A program made the translations under genes and the position numbers. From Stylophora pistillata (lineage: Eukaryota), in assembly GCF_002571385.2 (NCBI RefSeq), contig NW_019217843.1:468449-532365 (forward strand): 63,917 bases of DNA. The letters are read 5' to 3'. The notes beneath the pieces are model-generated. The model was not told the DNA's origin. It did no database searches and was given only the letters and a program-made list of their open reading frames with translations. Shown one piece after another: positions 12,761 through 25,918 of this stretch (its first letter is position 1; every line of letters starts with the position of its first letter).

Positions 12761-14405
12761 ATCCGGAATCCAAGACTCTCTTGGATTACCTTACATGGGG
12801 CGAGATAAAGCGCGAAGTAAACTGTAAACTTATATTAGACAGAAAATAACCTTTAGATCATGTCTTCGTAAAAAAGGAAAGCCCTGGAAATAATTGAAAT
12901 TAAAAGGAAACGATCGGAGAAAAAATCTAGGTCCGAGGTCTACATTTTGATTTGTAATTTCGTCGCATCTTTCTTAACAGTAAAATCCATCACGGGATTT
13001 TAGTGCTAAAAATGCCGCTTCCGCAAGTCAGTCAGTTATATTTTTTCGAACTTGAAGATGCTGCTGCGGCTTCTTTTCACATCCTTACATGACTACAGTT
13101 GGCACTCATAAAGGATACAGCCTGGTCTAAATTTAGCACGACGATATGATCTATGTATCAAGGAATCTCAAAGAAAATATATGGATATGTATAGGAAAGG
13201 AGTCAAGAGAAACATCATGCGGCTTGTTGATATCAGTAAAAGGTTCGCCACACCAAACTTGAGAATAACTAATAGATTTACATGGGGACAGATGCGAAGT
13301 TGTAAAAAGTACTGCGAGGGATGAAAAATAAAAGCAGTGAACTGCTATGAATCGATTTATGATCTGCAGAGAATGGTAATAACTGAACTCGTTCCAGAGG
13401 CAAGGGGTTGGACAGAAACGGAGGCAGTTTGAGGTTGTATTTATCAGTCGGTTTCCCTGGTTGACTCTGAAACCACTTCAAAAATGTGTTGTATGAAAGC
13501 GATATTAAAGAGCCGCTGAGTGTGAACTATATTTGTGATATGGTAGATGAGGCATTTGTTTCGCATCTTGCCGCAGTCAATTACCAATGTTAATTTGATG
13601 GCGTCATTTATTGCGAAATCAACTCAAGGCCCGTTTGTACGAGAATTTTCATGAATATTGCCACGTTCTCGTTGTTTTTATTTAGGTATTTTTTGGATTC
13701 AAGTCTTCTGGTGAAAGTTTCCTCGTATATTTTACCAGAACCTTGAAAGCAAGGTTTTGGGTGAAGATGGGTAATCCGACGTCAACATGCATACGAGGCC
13801 TATTAACAGTAAAAGCGTTTAGAAAACAGTGGCCAATATTAGTGAATCGAAAACACACGACGAAAAATCATTGAAGTTTTTCCTTCGTTTTAAGAAGTTT
13901 TGGTATCATCATGTTCATTCCATTTATTGTCCATTTAGTTTGCGGCTATAAAATGTTCAAATTGTTTTGTAGACCTTTTAAAGATAATTCGCAATTATTC
14001 AAAAAAAAAGAAAAAAAAAAACGTGACCGAGCCCTTGACCGAGACCTTTTAAAATCATCGGCCAACAAAGAAATGTTGCACAAGGGTGATCAAAGCGGGA
14101 GTAAGAAATTATACGGGCCAGTGCTCTTCCGCACCGCTCGCCAAGGGTTTAAAAGAGGTCTAAACAAATTGTTTAGTTTTTCTTGTTCCCTGTGCTTGTA
14201 TTGAACTGCTCTTGTCACAATTAACAAAGCAAACAAACAGTTTTGGTCAAGCACTTCACAGAACCTTCATCGCGTGTTCTTCGGAAGCGAGGCGCCTAAC
14301 TACGTTTTTTATTTGCGTGGGAACTGACTAAAATCTGTTTGCCGGGGAAGTACACCAAGGCACGTATTGCAGATGACGCGTGAACCAGTACACGTCTGTG
14401 CTGCT

Positions 14406-14527
14406 TATATAAGTGGTAAGCCTTCAGTTAGTGAACTTCAATCAGCATCAAACTTTGGAGCAGCTTTGTCAGTTCTCAAACTGGAACACTTTTTTTGTAG
14501 TTGGTAAAGAGTATAACACGGCCCTCG
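14406..14527 (+). promoter_or_regulatory. Putative TATA box and non-coding first exon of DD3-3-like copy 1
   Basis: TATATAAG at 14406-14413; strong donor G|GTAAGT at 14528; the ATG at 16302 is preceded by a polypyrimidine tract and CAG|AAAT, so an upstream UTR exon is expected. Confidence 0.45.
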
Positions 14528-16301
14528 GTAAGTAATTAAAGCTTTGTGTGGTCGAAAATACATCTAAGCTTGTTTCGTGGATCGTACTTTTGTTCAGTAG
14601 TTATTTTAGACACATTTATGGTAGGTCATTATCCGCCAATTTTGTTCCTTTGTTTTGCAATACTCTCATCAGACTTAAAAACTATTTTCCAGTTAACTTT
14701 AACGATAACTCCTAGTCTATTAAAAGCAATTAATTTTGTCACATTTGTTCATGCAAATTCATGTATGCGAGCGAGAATTTAAGCTAAGAGATCACTAAGT
14801 CAATTATTTATGCGCTTGATCTTATGCTCTCAAGTTTGCCTAATTTTTTGTTCATATTTCTAACCTCGAGGTTAGTCACGTGTTTCTTCTTAAGTTTGGT
14901 CAAGGGGGGGGGGGGGGGGGAGGAGAATGTTGCGGTGACGGTATCCGAATTTTCCGAGTTCTAAGTCACTTCATTTCAAAAGTTGTGAAAATGAAATCAG
15001 GATATTACCTTCCTATTGACATCGGCATTACGCACTGAACAACAAACAACACAATATTTTCCAGAAATGATGAGCCGCTCAAAATATTGCTGTTAATGTT
15101 TTGTCTGTTCTCGGTTTTGCCGCCGATATGCAATCATCGGTATTATTTGGTTTTTACACCCAATATTTTTCCCACACTTCCCTTGCACTAGTTGACGGAG
15201 CAGAACTCTGACAATATACATCTCGGTCTGTTTGTAGATCTCCGAAGCCATTTGGACGGAAATACTTTGTATCAGAAGCAGAAAAAAAGAGAAAACACAA
15301 CTCAAACTACACATAAAAGGAATAAACGACAAAAACTAAAATCAAAGCCAAAGCTTAAAAAGAAATTTCTTTTTTCGGACAGTATTGGGATGCTCAATTA
15401 GACTATAAATCTTCTCCTTTTTTCACTGCGTATAATTTCCCATATGACGCTCACTCTGGCAGTCGAATCAAAATGGCCGCATTCAATTGGCATCGCATCG
15501 AATGATGTCTTTTTGGGTGTGCTCGAATGCACATCTAAGCAATTAAAAGTGATATTAAATTTTCTAAGCAAATTGGTTCATTTTTATGTTTGAATGTTGA
15601 AGTAACTCATTGTCTGCACTTAGATGATCTAAATAGAAGTGAAGAAAGAGAAGAAAGAATTGATCCTGGCAAGATGAGCGCGGAGAGTTTGGCGCCTTTT
15701 ACCAACAACTCATTGCCTCAGTTTTGTATCTAAACGCCTTTCTTTCTCGGCATGCATTTTACTCAGTGATAACTGTTCTCATTATAAAACTTGGTATTTT
15801 GCCGCGGAAATCTCAGTTTTGTTATCGCCTCAGCATGTTTCAGCATCGCCGAAAGTGATACTAAAAAATCAAGCTTTCATCGCAAGTCGGTAAATGGAAA
15901 TCCCAGTTCGATCTGCACATCCCAGATTCTCGTGTTTTGTATTCTATATTTTCGGCAAATCCTGAGCACAGGTTGGTATAGATATATAACATCATCTTTA
16001 CTTGCCCTGACCAAAAAAAGAAACAGAAAAACTAGTGCAATCGGATAAACTTCGCAAATATCCAGCAATGAGATACTGGACAAAGTTTTTAATCAGCTAT
16101 CAGAGCCATTCAGCTCCCTATTTCATTTCTTCCTTCTTTCTTAGCAAAAATCCTCGCCTTCTGTTCTTAAATCTTTGTTAGCCACGAAGGTCATCAAATA
16201 TTTCAAACCTCACTTGATACACGTCGCATATTAGGCGCTCAAGCTTGTTCAAAATTCAGACTTATTCTTGTTTGTAACGATACTTTTATTTTGTCAGAAA
16301 T

Positions 16302-19300
16302 ATGCGGGCCACAACCATTTTGGGTTTCTTGTTGTCAGCCGTCCTTAGCCTATGTTCAGCGGACATTTACCTCCACTTTCCTCACGGTAGCAACAATAGA
16401 CTGAACGGTAACGGCGCAAATGTCAGGAATGCCAACAGGCTGTTTGACTCTCAGGTGGGTGTGTTTAAAGGAAAACCTCGCCTTTTGTATGGCGCGGGGT
16501 GAAATTGAAACACGTATTTAAATAATTATTCAGTCGTTCGCAAACGAAATCTAACCTACGGCTGAAAATGTCCATTGACTTATCCAGCTCATGTCACGAA
16601 AAGAGACAAATTCGTCTTTCTCGTACGTATTGACTATTTGTGACTTTTTTTGTAGAACAATGGTAAAGCCGGTTACAATGTTGGAGACAGCGGAATTAAC
16701 GCCACTAAAAACAACATAACGGAAACGAGGCAGCGTCCATTGGTAAGACGTATTTTGATTATTTTTTTCTGCTTCTCTTCTCTTTCTGTTCCATTTTCAT
16801 TCTTGGTTCCACAGGAAGAATAAACGTTTTAAGGTGGGGGTACACCCAAAAAATTTTCAAATGTAAAATATAAATCGCCGTAATGATATGGTCCAATCGT
16901 TAGCAAAGAAGGTAAGACTTTTTTTTAAAGAAACTGTGGTGCTGGATTGGTGGGTGGAAATACAATATAACTTGGTTTTATCAACCAAGCTGATAAAGTA
17001 AATTAGTTCCGATAAAAAGTCTCTGAAGCCCTTTGTCATTCGCTCTGACAATCGGTACTAACTATCACCCCCGTAAGTATCGCTCTTTCCCATAATTCCA
17101 AAATGTATTAGCGTTTATGCCTCTTCCTGAACTTATCATTTTCTTCTTAATCCGAAGGAATTTTTCATGAGCGGTTGTGAAAAGGAAGAAAAAACTGAGG
17201 TTGAAATTATGTGGACAAATCAACATGGAACTGGACCAAAGAGTGAAGATATAGTGGAATCACAAATCATCCTGCAGTACATGTGTCAACCATATCCTCA
17301 AGGAAACGTAACTAATATCAATGAAGATTTCCAGCCGTACACCATCCGTAATGGTGCTTTACGTAACACGCAAGTATTCAGTGTCATTAGAAAAGAAGCT
17401 GATGTAGTGAATAAAGAGCGTGGATTGCATGAGCCTTTAGAATACTACAGAGCCTCACTGCGCAGACACAGAAACAAAGGTGACATATTCTATGATAGTC
17501 AACTTTCTACTAATCTCACTTCCACTTTTTGTATTAGTGACTAATTTCAGTCTTACTTCAGCTGAGAATTCAAAGATTACCATCACTGCGGAGCAGTGCT
17601 TCAGAGCAATACCAGTTTGAGGTTCGTAACTCCAACTGGGCCTGGAAGCCGGCGGAGAACATTATTAAAAGTCCCACACGAGTTTATACTTAGTAATAGT
17701 TCCTTTTACAATGCTTTAGTGTTTTTTATAAGCTACGTTATATCTCCCGCAATAACATCCTTCCTTGATTGTTCCTAATCCATTATACAGGTTTGTTTAC
17801 CGCTAATCAAAACCTAAAAGGTGACAGTGCAAAATTCACGAGACAGAACGCAAATGGGAAGAGAAGGGGGTATGAAGTACCAGAGGAACGTGATTACTAT
17901 CCCTACTGGGGCCCAACCCCTTGGAAGGACATTGCAATCATGGCCAGTGACGAAAAAACAAAAGGATTGATAAGAGAATATGTAAACAGTCCAAATTATG
18001 GCGAAAAGGGTAAGTTTTTCAACGAGTTCCCTTCATAAGAGTCGTCGATAGCTGTGCAAGTGCAAGTGTCGTGAAATGATGCTCTTCGATTTATTTTCAG
18101 GGTTGTGCATTTTAAAGAATGGTGTAAAAATTGGTCGTCGCCGAAATCTCTGTCCAAGAATACCTCCAGTTAACAGACGAAACACGGAGTGCGTGGCCAA
18201 GTTCATTACACAGGCCTTGTGCGAAAATGCAGGAGGAAAGTGGACCGTGGTAAAAACGAACTTTAAAGAAAAGTTATCCGGCGTCAATTCTTGTGCCAAC
18301 ATTAATACTGTCAAGGGCGTGGCGTATGAGCCTCATCTGATAACACAGGGTACAGGCGAGGGCGAGCAGGATCTTGTTCTGGCAGACCCCCCTGAGGTTT
18401 TAGATGCTCCATCTACAGTTGTGAATCACAATGGCATGAACTTGGATGGGAAGTTTTCTTCATACAAATGGAGGATTCCTCACTTTCCCTCGAACACTAT
18501 TCAGCGATGCGTGTTGAGAATCAGGTGAAGAGGGTCAAGGTTATAATCTTGCGATAGATATTACCATTCATTTAATTTGTGCCCACCCATTGTAACCTGG
18601 AAAAATTATGAAATCGATGTCGGTACCCAACGAAAATTAATGAAGGCTTGCGGAAAATAAATCATGATATAAAATGACCCCTCAACACACATGGGCCCTG
18701 TCTTTTCACCCTCAATCAAGTGAAAGAGAAGTATGTATTATTTTGTCCTCCAGCAAGGCCTTCATGCAACACTGGTCCTTTAGATCACCAAAATGAAAGA
18801 AATTTTCTAATGATAACCAATGCAAAGTAAGAAATCCTATAATATGAAACGCTAACGCTACATGGCCGAGTGACCTCCATCGACTCATTTTCGCTTTGCC
18901 TAAATCCATGCTGGACTTTTCATTTGGATCTTTGTGGGACTTTGTTTTTCTCTTCAGGCATTATATTTCTTCCCGTAGAAAATACATTCTCATTACCTTT
19001 CGACTTAAAATTAACTGTGGCATACTGGTTAAATTGACAGATATAACATCACAACAAAAGATGTACCGAGGAGTTTTTATGCTTCAAATAACAAAGAGTG
19101 AGTACTCAGGAATACTGAAAATGATGAGAAAAATGGCTGGGAATTTCCAACTTATCATTAAAAGTAAAAACAAGCGTTAAAAAATTTAGCCGTTAAATGT
19201 AAGAATTGACACCCTTTCACCAGTTTAATCGTTAAAAAGTTAATCGATAACATTTTTATTGCCCCCAATGCCATTTTGAGTGGATCTACCGTTAGCCGTA

Positions 19301-22071
19301 AAATGGCCATATTTTAATTAACTTTTAAAGTTAATCGTGAAAGCCATTACCCCATTGAAACTGTCCCTCTTTATAATGTTTTAGTTTTCTTTTCCTTTTC
19401 ATTATTTTTTTGATAAAAGCGATCCTTGCCAACCTTTTGTTCCAATTGATAAAGGGCGAAGTGTACCTTTTTTGAGTAGCATTTGTTATGGCTCCCGGTT
19501 AGCTCAATGGATAGACCGCTGGACTGATGTCCGGGAGGTCGAGGGTTCGAGCCCCGGCCGGACCAACACTCAAGGTTGAGAAGAATATGCTGCCTTTCTA
19601 TAACATCAATAAATAGTTAAGATATTCTAGTCTTCTCGGATAGGGACGAATAAATGGCGGTCCTGTCTCCTGCAGGTTAGGGGTAGGAGACGTTAATTTC
19701 CCACACACGAGAGCACTGTGTGATGGATGTCCTCCCTTGGGATGGGTGGGTTGTTGTCTTACGTTTCAAACATGAGCTTCTGGCTCGAGAAATACGGGTA
19801 ACCATGCCCCGCGCAGAGACATTAAACTTTGATTACTATTACTGTTATGGTCGAACGCTCGGCGGTCAATTTCTGGTCATGTGACGGTAAACCCCATTGA
19901 GAGGCACCTCTAAGCTAACCGTAGACTGTGATAACGAGATTGATAGGGAGAAGTAATTGTGAAATATGATTAACATTTTAGTGTTACAAATGATCCTTCA
20001 ACGCTGGCAACTGATGGAAAAACCAACCTGCAATTAGCCTTGAACACTGCTCAATTAGGCCGTACATTCCAAGACAGAACGCATGTAATCTACTTGAAGC
20101 CTAGAAGCTTGTTACCCAAACGATTCCAGAATTCCAAAATCTTCTACATTGGGGGAATGGGAAAGCGAGGAAACATCGTGCAGGCTTATCCAGCCATGGA
20201 ATATCGCTTCACTCCTGAACGTATTAATGTTACAACGGAAGATGTTGTGTGTTTCGCTTGGTCAGGTGAGTCTGTTTGCCACGATTTGGCATATTCTCAT
20301 AATTGATACGATGATTAACTATTTGTAAGACCAGCCTAACTTCTCAAAACGATTTCAGTCGATTTCTCCGAAGTTGTTATTGGGCGTGCTCATGTGGAAT
20401 TATATCCCAGGCCTCTTAATATGGAAGCAAGGCGGGTTAAATTACAAGAGACTGGGGTGTTGGTCAGATGGACCTGCAAGTTGCTTACCTCACCTTGGAG
20501 GTTCCATGTGTAATGTTATCCTCAGCATGAGGGAAGCAAAAAAGTATTGGCTTAGAAAGAAAGAAAAATGAAAATTAGGGAGAAGTTGGGCAGGGACTTT
20601 GAGTCCATGAAAGACTCTTGAAAATTCAGTATAAATTTGTTAAGGTGTACAAATCACAAGAAATAGAAATCTTGATAACTATGTAAAGTAGATTTGATAG
20701 CTTCGTATAAAATTTAAGGCGTTTTCTGACCATGCAACGGGAAATGTGAGATCTGCAAAGTAAGCAAGTGAAAGAAAATTCCTGTAGGGAAGCTGAAGAA
20801 ATTTCTGACTTATCAGCTAACTACTGCACAGGGAAATGTGACCATACAGATTCTTCCAAAAAGAAAACCAAGCAAATAAACGCACAAACAAATCCCATCA
20901 TAATGTGAATAATTTAAATCAATGGAATTATCTGAGGAACTACGCACCCACCCCTCCCCTAACTTGTTATCAGTTGACAGTTTAGAGATATGTTGGGGCA
21001 TCAAAAGTTTGAGGGTGTTAATTTTACCCTTTGACTGAGGGTTTTTCGCATCTTCCAACAGAGTAACTATCTCGTAAAATAAAACGTTCCAAATGTAAGC
21101 CGCTATCCTAAGTCTAATAAAGCTCCAAAGGAATAAAATAGACCGGGTGTATGGGTTGGTTTTCTGGCTAGTTTTGTCGCTTTTCTCATTGCTTTCAGTG
21201 AAAATAGGGAAAATTATTATTTTTTCAGGTTCCAATGACAATCGGAATAATGTTGCAGGAGAAGGGCAGAGAGGTAAGTGCTGTTGAGGGAACTCACTTG
21301 TCTGTACAAAACAACGCATTCATAGACAGCCGCATAACTATATACATTAATTTTACACCGAAATGATGAAAATTTTGCATTTCTATTTTAATAAGAAATA
21401 AACCGATTTAAACATTTGATACTGCACCTGCACGGCCTCTTTTTGATTTAGAGGCCAAAAGAATGGTTTTTATTAAACAATGATGGCATCAGGGTTAAAT
21501 TTTAGTTGTTAAATTAGCCATGAACAACTAAGTAAATATCTTTGAAAACATTCTAAATCAGTAGCGGGTCCTCTACGGTAATTCTAACTCTGAACTACGT
21601 AACTAGCATATGCATATTCAGGACGACTCCGTCAACAGGAATAGCTGAAGAAATTCTAGATAGAAAATGAAATTTAAAAAAAATGCAACAACTAAATGAA
21701 AATGATCCTTTTTGCTATTTACTGAACACTTTTCCTCTTGCATTCTCTAAATTATTTCAGGATCAGACAGAACAAACGTGTGCTGGGTGAAGGAAGGATG
21801 CCAGTCTCTAAAACCGAAGGCTTGTTCGAGCTTGCCTCTTGAAGTAGTCGATCAGGCTGATGTGTTTTCTGCTGACAAGTTGAATCTTCACCTCAACACT
21901 GGATGTTACAGCGGTAGCGAAAACATCCTGCAGGCTCAACTGAACAATGCCCCAGCCTCCTGCAACCCGCCTTGCTTCCGTATCAAGAGGCCTGGGACAT
22001 ACTGTTACATGAGCACGCGCAATAACAACTTCTCCAACCGCCGTCACATGGGACAGATCACCGTTACTTGA
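16302..22071 (+). CDS. DD3-3-like secreted protein, copy 1 (intact, 633 aa)
   Basis: Exons 16302-16454, 16656-16742, 17158-17479, 17791-18009, 18101-18524, 19041-19097, 19982-20265, 21229-21273, 21761-22071 (1902 nt, all GT-AG, in phase). Signal peptide plus motifs I recognise from the Dictyostelium DD3-3 family: [75 protein letters not shown]. Confidence 0.88.
19491..19845 (+). mobile_element. tRNA-derived SINE (same head and core as 12395, different tail) in intron 6 of copy 1
   Basis: GGTTAGCTCAATGGATAGACCGC...GGTTCGAGCCCCGGCCGGACCAACACTCA...; diverges after GGGATGGGTGGG and ends ATTAAACTTTGATTACTATTAC. Confidence 0.85.
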
Positions 22072-22300
22072 AGTAGTTCGTTGGGAGCTAATACTGTTGG
22101 GAATCAGTTCTCCTACGTTTTGTTAAATTAACTATGATTCCACTAAACATTATTATATTTCCGTTATTTTCATTGTTTGCCGTTTGATAATGGTTGTATA
22201 CGAGTATTCGGTTGCATGTCGATTATTTGATTTTTTTAACTCACTACCAAGATTACAGATTACATACGAGAGATACATAGCAAATGCATTTGCATTTCCC

Positions 22301-23152
22301 AACAATCAAATTGACTCTAACAATCTATGCAGTGTTTATTTAGGAGACCAAGTCCTCAATTGTAAGCCTTTCTATAAGTACTTAGGAGTATACCTAGACG
22401 AGTCACTTTCTTTCAAGGAACAAGTTACTCGACTGGTTAATAAGGTATCTAGACAGCTTGGTTTGTTAAGTAGGGTCAGAAACAGTCTCACGGTTCATGC
22501 AGCTGAAAGAGTCTTTGCAACTATGATTCTTCCCAAGTTAGATTATTGCAACTTTGTTTGGAATAATTTAGCTCCTTCTAGATATAAAACTTTAGAAAGG
22601 TTACAAACAAGAGCTGCTAGAATTGTTTTAAAAGAAATCTGCCTTAGTCACGATCAGCTGTTGCGACAATTAGGTTGGATGTCTCTTAAGACAGGTTCTA
22701 CGATGCATATTTCAACTTTTGTTTTTAAATGTGTCAATAACATTGCTCCTGAAATGTTCAAAGAATACTTTGTCAAGTTATCACATAATTATTTTACCAG
22801 GCGTAATGGTCTTGACCTTTTAGTTCCAATTGTTCACACCGAATCTGCTAAGAAAGGGTGCTTTTATTCTGGGGCACAAGCATTCAATAATTTACCACCA
22901 AAACTGAAAGAACTTGAATCCCTATTAATGTTTAAAACGAAGCTTAAGGATTTTGCTATGCAATTAACGTGTGATTTTACGTTTGATACTTCTTCTATGC
23001 ATTTACTTTCCTATAGTTTTTATCTTATTAAGTATATTGTAATAGTTCTTAGGGCTTTTATTATTATTTTGCTATCTTCTGTTTCCCAGGGCACCTATTG
23101 ATAACAGCTTCTGCTGACGGGTTTACCCTGGTTAAATATGTTATTATTATCA

Positions 23153-23190
<38 letters not shown>
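22301..23190 (+). mobile_element. 5'-truncated CR1/L2-group LINE in the 3' UTR of copy 1
   Basis: RT C-terminal motifs YKYLGVYLDESLSF, ILPKLDYC..VW, LERLQTRAARIV, FNNLPP; (ATT)n tail at 23140-23190; homology to the copy-2 3' UTR stops at about 22300. Confidence 0.9.
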
Positions 23191-23191
<1 letters not shown>

Positions 23192-23475
23192 GTTCAGAAG
23201 TATTATGATAATAGCTCTGAAGGATTCTCTATCCGAATGGGAGACTGATGCAGTAAGAATTATTTTTAAACTCATCTACTGTTATTAAAAGGAGAGGGAA
23301 AACACCAACTGCCGTATAATCTAAACAAAGTTAAATTATAAGCAACAAAATACAACTACAAAATACAGCTAAGGTTATATCTTAAGTAGGTTGTGGTTCG
23401 TCATCGGGGTAAATAACACTTTCAACAGAGAAATATAGTCGTTTGTCTCACGATGTGGTCATTTCGGACATGGAT

Positions 23476-23512
23476 CGCGACGTTTCGATTGCATACTAGT
23501 CTTCTTCAGCCG
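23476..23512 (-). ncRNA. Degenerate minimal hammerhead ribozyme motif (Penelope-type)
   Basis: Reverse complement GG-CTGAAGA-A-GACT-AGTATGC-AATC-GAAAC-GTC-GCG; stem II has a mismatch and stem I is weak. Confidence 0.45.
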
Positions 23513-25918
23513 ACGAGGTCAGTTGAGTACAGAGAGAACCTGATACGAATGTGAACCAATCACAGCTGTGGAATTCCATCCAATCACAGCTAAGCGCAAC
23601 GGCATAGAGCTGACGCATACTCAATCGACATAATCAGCTGAAGAAACGTCGTGATCCACATCAGAAGTGACCACGTTGCGAGACAAACTATCATATTTCT
23701 CTTTTGAAAGCTGAGGTAATATGGGGTAAATGTAGAGAAATGAAGGTCTAAGACTGAAAACCCAGACCAACTTTGCTGGAGCTTTAAGAAATGGTTGCTT
23801 TCGGAAAAACCTACCGATCTCGCGACTTTTCCCATAGACCTATAGTTAACAGGAGCAATAAACCAAACCACAAATATTCCGATTTCGCAATCGAAGTTGT
23901 CCCCGCCCCCAAACTGGGCCTGAGAGACACAGATTTTTGTTGTACCTGCTTCATATGAGTCCGAGTGTTATCAAAACCTGAAATTTCTAAATTACAGACC
24001 AACTGTTAATTTCCTAAAAGGACAGGTATTTTCCCGAGGGTCTTTAAGCTTTCAGTTGGTCGCCCGTGTTGCCTATAACCTAAGAACAAAAACGTTGCGC
24101 TCGTGTCTTCAAGTTGTGCTCAAATGTCGTGGTGTTTTAAAGTTATTTTGGCATCCTTGTAAGTTAATAGAATATCTCAGCCAATGCCTGACCATATCTC
24201 CATATTGGTAATTTGTTGATGCGTACGTTGCTTCTGATGGACTTCTCGTTCTACCAGTACCTTGAAATCAGCTTCATGATGATCCGACAATCATTCCATC
24301 ATGTTCACTCTATATTTTGGCTTTATGCTTCCAGTTTCGAATTCGTGTCCTGTGGAGCTCGCCTGGAAGGTCAATCGTCGAGTCTGGCAACCTGTTACGT
24401 TCTTTCTTATCTTTTTTAATACTGATTAAAGACGTTCTTCCTGTAAAATAAACTGTGGTGCAATTCCCCGGCGGTCCAGATTGATTCGAAATGTGAGTTC
24501 TAGATGAAAATGCAGTTAAATGTGAAAACGATTATCTATGGTTTCTACATGCTCTCAAACAAGCGCGAGAGCTCCGTTTGGTTTTTAAAAATTTTACTCA
24601 TTACGAGATAAATGATCAAAATCTCGGGTGTTTAAATTTTTATTTCAGAGAAATGTTTCCATCTTGCTAGAACCGAAAATTCAATTTTTGATTCGGAAAA
24701 CACGAAGCTGTTAATGCTAGCATCAACTGTTTTTCTCCGAGTCTGTCATTTAAGGCTGAAATTAAATTACGTTTTGTGTATAATTTTGACGAAGTACTAC
24801 GTACAAAAAAAGAAATCAAACAACATCTCGGGAAAAACGTCTTTTGTACTAAACACGGAACGTAGATACACATGTTACTTTTGAGAAATCTTTGTTGAAA
24901 GTTTTCCTGAATCATTTATAGATTACCATGCTGTTTAAACAGCCTGCTTGTAAATATATACAGAATAGAATACTAAAGAAGTGAGCCTTTTTTATTTATA
25001 AACATGTATCACACGTTTGGGATTTGTTTACTCGACGAAGGGGTGCGTCTATTTAGGCGTTTTATTACTTTGTAATCCTTAATTTATTCAGGTGTATGTT
25101 TCTCAAATAAAACAATAATCCATTTGTTCGGCTCGGAACAAACAGAGTCGAGGCTACAGAAAACGTGGAACAAATAATTACTTTGCTAAGGTACAGAAGG
25201 TGTCGCACTACTGGAGTTAAAGCCACAACACTAAGGTTCAGTTGAGGTGCACGAATACCGTAAACCAGTGAGGTTGCGAGTGGACGTAAGTATTCGCTGA
25301 TAACCCTTTTCGTGTGAACAGTAGTGTATTATTAAGGGAATCTTGCATTTTGATTCCCTGTGGTCTGTAGTTCTCGTTCTTGGACGAATCGAATCCTGTT
25401 GCTGTTGTCTGTTTTTAAAGATATCCTGTTTAAGGTGATCTAACGGACCGGAACAACATTTCCATTTCCTGCGCTAGTGGGGAGTCATTGATTTAGATTC
25501 CATCTAGTTTAATCACATTGCTTATCTATAACTGTAACTGAAGAAAACTCTTCAAAAATGACTTTTAAGGTACTTACTTTATGAAATGTAGTTTGCTTAA
25601 TCAAGGCTGTATTTATACTTCATAGACTTCGTTTGCGAAATTCTCTTTGAGCCTGTCAACGGGATTTGGCTTGGGAAACAAGCGAGGAACGCTCAAATTG
25701 TATGAATACTGCAAGATGCATCAGACAAAAACTATGAAAACATTAACGAAGGATTCATTAGGATCAGCCTCCTATTTCGTCGATTCTTTCTTTTCACCTT
25801 AATTTATTGTTAACAGGAAGAATCTTACTTGATCTTTAAAAAGATACATCGTCCTAGCACACTAGAAATTACTGAGACCAAAATCTTAACTTGATTACTA
25901 TTTTATTTCTTCAGAAAT

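Larger units (their letters stand above)
10357..12803. mobile_element. 2.4-kb non-autonomous DNA transposon with 20-bp TIRs, 6-bp TSD and GGAATCC subterminal repeats
   Basis: TCGCCCCATGTAAGGTAATC / GATTACCTTACATGGGGCGA; GATAAA at 10351-10356 and 12804-12809; GGAATCC arrays at about 10378-10445, 12285-12370 and 12761-12771. Confidence 0.85.

Noticed and set aside
13000-16250. Short ORFs between the transposon and copy 1, and similar ones at 23600-25000, 32000-35000 and 49500-54000
   Set aside because: No recognisable motifs or splice-consistent chains; expected by chance in AT-rich DNA.
931-22071. Functional link between ABCD and the DD3-3 array
   Set aside because: Only adjacency; about 6-8 kb of repeat-rich DNA separates the starts and nothing in the sequence indicates shared regulation.
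22184-23101. 305-aa ORF as a host gene
   Set aside because: Chance fusion of 3' UTR sequence with a truncated LINE RT C-terminus.
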